From assembly GCF_964188315.1 (NCBI RefSeq), contig NC_135655.1, forward strand, positions 81,158,001-81,222,000: a stretch of 64,000 nt of DNA, read 5' to 3'. Position numbers and translations under genes: made by a program. The notes below the pieces were generated by a model. The model did not search any database, was not told the DNA's origin, and was given only the letters and a program-made list of their open reading frames with translations. Every line of letters starts with the position of its first letter. Positions within the stretch are counted from its first letter, which is position 1. Of this stretch, positions 60,901 through 64,000 are shown one piece after another. The stretch comes from Podarcis muralis. Lineage: Eukaryota.

Positions 60901-63643
60901 TACAGTATGTCTGCCGCAAAAAATCTACATAAAATCATATTTTTTTGGAAGAATAATTTGGTGGGCATCCAACTCATTCCTGTTCATTGGAGCCCTCATT
61001 TTCCACTGATTCTACAGAAGTGGATTCCCTGCAGCAACAGAAGGTTGGGCTTGATGGCCGTCTGACACACCTTCCACTCTGATTCTGTGAAGGACTTGGA
61101 GATTATCCTGGACTTCCGAATGGAACTGGAGTGGCAAAAAGAAGTAGGAATAGGAAAAGGAATGATTAATTCAGGCAGTTCATAATCTTAACAAAATTAG
61201 TTGCCTCAAGTGGAAGATAGCTGCTAGTTTAGATGGAAGGGAATTTAGACAGTTCATGGGTCTGTATTGATAGCAATACAGCCAAAATGGCTGGAAATTG
61301 AACCTCCATATGTTGGGGGCAGTGTGTCTCCAGGGAGGAGGTGCAGAGACCAAAAAGGGATACCTATTGCCACTAAGCTGTTTTGGAACATCTGGTTTGC
61401 CACTGGAAGCAAACTCAACAGATGTTTAGCTTTACTTTGCAATACAATTCTTAGGATGATAGGCCTCAGTATCCTATGCAGCTAACTCCCTATCTATTGC
61501 TTTTCTATTTTTTTAAGCCTTCACCAAAATCTGCTTGCGTGTATTGGCTTTATCTCTGTAACTAGGATGAGAATTTTGTTTTTATTGCCAGTTTTTCTGA
61601 TGCGGTCTTTGGCACAGTGATCATACCCCAGAGTACTGTGTCTCTCTGTGGAGGTATTTCTCAACATCCTGTGGTTATGCTGGTCACCCCTTCAAGGAAT
61701 ATCCTGCAAGTAACTTCATGGCCTGTCACAACAGAGCAAACTGGTGACTGGGGTGAAATTTGCTTATTCAGAAGAAATTTAGCCTCTTTTACCTGCTCTT
61801 AAGTTTGGAAGCTTAGAGCCATGAACTTGCATGCTGGATTGACCCCAGGTTGTTTCTTGGGACATGTAAAAATACAGCTGAAGGAATTTGCTTGAGTGCA
61901 TCTGTTCTTCTCAGACTTGTCTTGTGCCAAGAGACTTCGTATAAATCCCAGACCGCTGTCCTGGAGCACTTGCATGCTGTGTCCTACTGTGTACAGTGGT
62001 ACCTTGGTTCTTGAACTTAATCCGTTCTGGGAGTCTGTTCGACTCCTGAAACTGTTCGAAAACCAAGGCGCGGCTTCTGATTGGCAGCAGGAGCTTCCTG
62101 CACTCAAGCGGAAGCCGTGTTGGACATTCGGCTTCCAAAAAACATTTGCAAACCGGAACACTTACTTCCAGGTTTGCAGTGTTTGGGAGCCAATGTGTTC
62201 AGCAACTGAACCATTCGGGAACCAAGGTTCCACTGTAATTGGTCTGTACTTTTCCTGAATTTTGTGGCACCCCTTTCAGTCAGCACCGGAGCTTAAATGG
62301 GTCAGCAGGGGACAGAGGGAGCCACCGGAATAGCCACCAGGAGCAGATCAGGAAGGACCCTTACGCCAATCTCATGCTGCAGCGGGAAAAGGACTGGGTG
62401 TCCAAGATCCAGATGATGCAACTGCAAAGCACTGATCCATACCTGGATGACTTCTACTATCAGGTTGGTGCTTCATGGAGGCCCATTGTAGCACTCTGCT
62501 TCTTGTCTTGCTGGGGACAAGTTTCCCGTCTTGGGTTAAAGGGTTCTGTGCCTCTAGGTTTCTAACCAGCTTTCTCTTCCTTTAGAACTATTTTCAGAAG
62601 CTGGAAAAATTATCTGCAGCTGAGGAAATGCATGGTGATGGTCCCAAAAAAGAGCGCACCAAACTAATCACCCCACAAGTTGCCAAGTTAGAGCATGCCT
62701 ACAAGCCAGGTAAGTACCCTTGTGCACCAAGGACTGATCTGAGTGCATGTAGCAGGAGGAGGAACTAGAATCCAGATGTGGAAGGGAGGACTGTGCTACT
62801 TCAGCCTTGCATGGGGTGGGGGTGGGGTAGGCAAAGAATGCCCTGCAAATAGAAAAATAGCACATGGGGAGATGTGTTCCTTGTGCTAAGCTTCTATTCA
62901 CGTGGTGTCTTTAATATGGAGGATCATTAGAAACATACTCCCCTCCCTCCCGCTACTTGTTGGGAGTGATTTAACCTGTTCTGCTCCCTCAGGATTCTAC
63001 CATCTCATTCTGCTGCATATGAAAACTTCACCCTATATACCATTCCAGGGCTTGGGGAGTAAAGGAAGGCAAGCTTAGACACAAGGAACAGATTTCCTTG
63101 TAGGTCTGCATGTATTTGAGCCCAAAATATAGCCTCATTTCCTAGATGGTTGATTAGGAAAGCACAGTTTGGTTGATGGAGTGAAAATGTAATTGGGAAG
63201 GGATGGGGACATTATAATTTTGTGTAGCAATAGCAAGATGTTAGGGCAGGTAGGTTCGCTCATGCAATTTCACCTGCATTGCCTTTTATTTATGTTTGCA
63301 GTGCAGTTCGAAGGCTCACTGGGGAAGCTCACAGTCTCCAGTGTGAATAACCCCCGCAAGATGATTGATGCTGTTGTGACGTTACGAGGGGAAGAAGATG
63401 TAAGTTTCTCTGGCTAGGATTACTTGGGCTCCCTCCATAGATAGCATAATGCTATGGGTTTGTCATCTTTCTTCTCAAATATGGGTTCTTGCCGTTGTCA
63501 AACCTTGTTCCTGCTCAGGTTGCAGAGGGGAACTTTCCTGTTCAGTGGGAACTTTTCTTAGCATGTCTTGCACTCTTCCTTAGGAGACAAAGGAGAAGCA
63601 GGTTCGAGATAAAAGGCGTCAGACTCTCTTCACTATTGAGAAG
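51600..63643 (+). CDS. PATL1: PATL1 (PAT1 homolog 1, mRNA decapping/P-body scaffold), coding exons 1-13; continues beyond the window
   Basis: Exons join in frame with GT-AG introns and translate to [16 protein letters not shown]...[16 protein letters not shown]...[37 protein letters not shown]...[23 protein letters not shown], matching recalled vertebrate PATL1. Confidence 0.97.
53292..53573 (-). mobile_element. Putative solo LTR in PATL1 intron 1
   Basis: On minus: TG...CA with TATAAA then AATAAA; no TSD found. Confidence 0.45.
57001..57112 (+). CDS. PATL1: PATL1 exon 2
   Basis: ttaag|TCC...ATTG|gtgagt; [13 protein letters not shown]...FGAGAI. Confidence 0.95.
57486..57700 (+). CDS. PATL1: PATL1 exon 3
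   Basis: tgcag|ATGATGAC...CAG|gtgtgc; [17 protein letters not shown]...TRPPVQ. Confidence 0.95.
57826..57903 (+). CDS. PATL1: PATL1 exon 4
   Basis: [26 protein letters not shown] with AG/GT boundaries. Confidence 0.93.
58164..58358 (+). CDS. PATL1: PATL1 exon 5
   Basis: [18 protein letters not shown]...[15 protein letters not shown]...NQQ with AG/GT boundaries. Confidence 0.95.
58949..59050 (+). CDS. PATL1: PATL1 exon 6
   Basis: [10 protein letters not shown]...[12 protein letters not shown] with AG/GT boundaries. Confidence 0.93.
59862..59951 (+). CDS. PATL1: PATL1 exon 7
   Basis: [11 protein letters not shown]...[11 protein letters not shown] with AG/GT boundaries. Confidence 0.95.
60342..60547 (+). 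CDS. PATL1: PATL1 exon 8
   Basis: [12 protein letters not shown]...[13 protein letters not shown]...HLQNLR; phase 0 to phase 2. Confidence 0.9.
60645..60734 (+). CDS. PATL1: PATL1 exon 9
   Basis: [29 protein letters not shown]; donor gtgagt. Confidence 0.95.
61994..62235. mobile_element. Tigger-like MITE, 242 bp, in PATL1 intron 9
   Basis: TIRs cagtggtaccttggttc / gaaccaaggttccactg (16/17) with TA flanks. Confidence 0.88.
62280..62463 (+). CDS. PATL1: PATL1 exon 10
   Basis: [16 protein letters not shown]...[37 protein letters not shown]. Confidence 0.96.
62586..62709 (+). CDS. PATL1: PATL1 exon 11
   Basis: [14 protein letters not shown]...[20 protein letters not shown]; donor gtaagt. Confidence 0.96.
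63302..63399 (+). CDS. PATL1: PATL1 exon 12
   Basis: [33 protein letters not shown]; donor gtaagt. Confidence 0.96.
63584..63643 (+). CDS. PATL1: PATL1 exon 13
   Basis: [20 protein letters not shown]; donor gtaagt. Confidence 0.95.
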
Positions 63644-63904
63644 GTAAGTCTGAGACTTTGGTGCATTCCCCCTGGAAAGCGGGAATCATCCAGTACAAGG
63701 TTAAAGGGGAGCTACTAACTCAGCCCTTAGTGGTTAAACTGGTGGCAGCGCAGTTTAACCATGATGGGTTATGCCATCTTGGATTTAGAATAGAGGGGCT
63801 ACTGTTGAAATCACTTGTACATCCTTTTGGTGGTTTAGCCGTGATTACTGCTTCTATTTGGGGTCTCAGTTTCCTACTTAGTCTAGTTTCCTTTTAAATG
63901 AAGT

Positions 63905-64000
63905 TAATGAAGGGAGAACTTTCTGACACTGAGCTGGAAAGGACTCCCTCAGAAGGTGGTGGACTCTCCTTCCTTGGAGGTTTTTAAGCAGAGGTTGGAT
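63905..64000 (+). mobile_element. CR1 3' fragment running off the window end
   Basis: cagaaggtggtggactctccttccttggaggtttttaagcagaggttggat. Confidence 0.8.

Noticed and set aside
119-63897. Remaining 60-140 aa ORFs in the track
   Set aside because: No motifs; they are expected random ORFs, antisense shadows, or exon read-throughs of PATL1, the ORs and TEs.

Overview
Vertebrate DNA from a squamate, probably a lacertid lizard (inferred from the SINE, CR1 and L2 repeat types). The left 36.5 kb is a cluster of five intact single-exon class II olfactory receptors closely resembling mammalian OR10V1: OR-A 3308-4249(-), OR-B 10458-11405(-), OR-C 21332-22279(+), OR-D 27436-28383(-) and OR-E 32884-33831(-). 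OR-B/OR-C lie head-to-head in a ~13 kb inverted duplication; OR-D/OR-E lie in a ~5-5.4 kb tandem duplication. A transposon-dense buffer follows, with a CR1 remnant carrying a 3.8 kb L1 and a 1.9 kb Chapaev3-type DNA transposon, plus SINEs and MITEs. Next come a divergent pair of perfect CTCF core motifs (44.5 and 45.6 kb), a CpG-island promoter and coding exons 1-13 of PATL1 (+), which continues past the window end. Most interesting: the candidate insulator between the OR cluster and PATL1, a reconstructable arm-to-arm back-copy in the inverted repeat, TM4-TM5-focused divergence in both OR pairs, a shared out-of-frame uATG at -14 in three ORs, and the Chapaev3 element. I found no RNA genes or CRISPR arrays, and nothing I can confirm as a wholly new biological system. 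All alignments and counts were done by eye, and family names are from recall.
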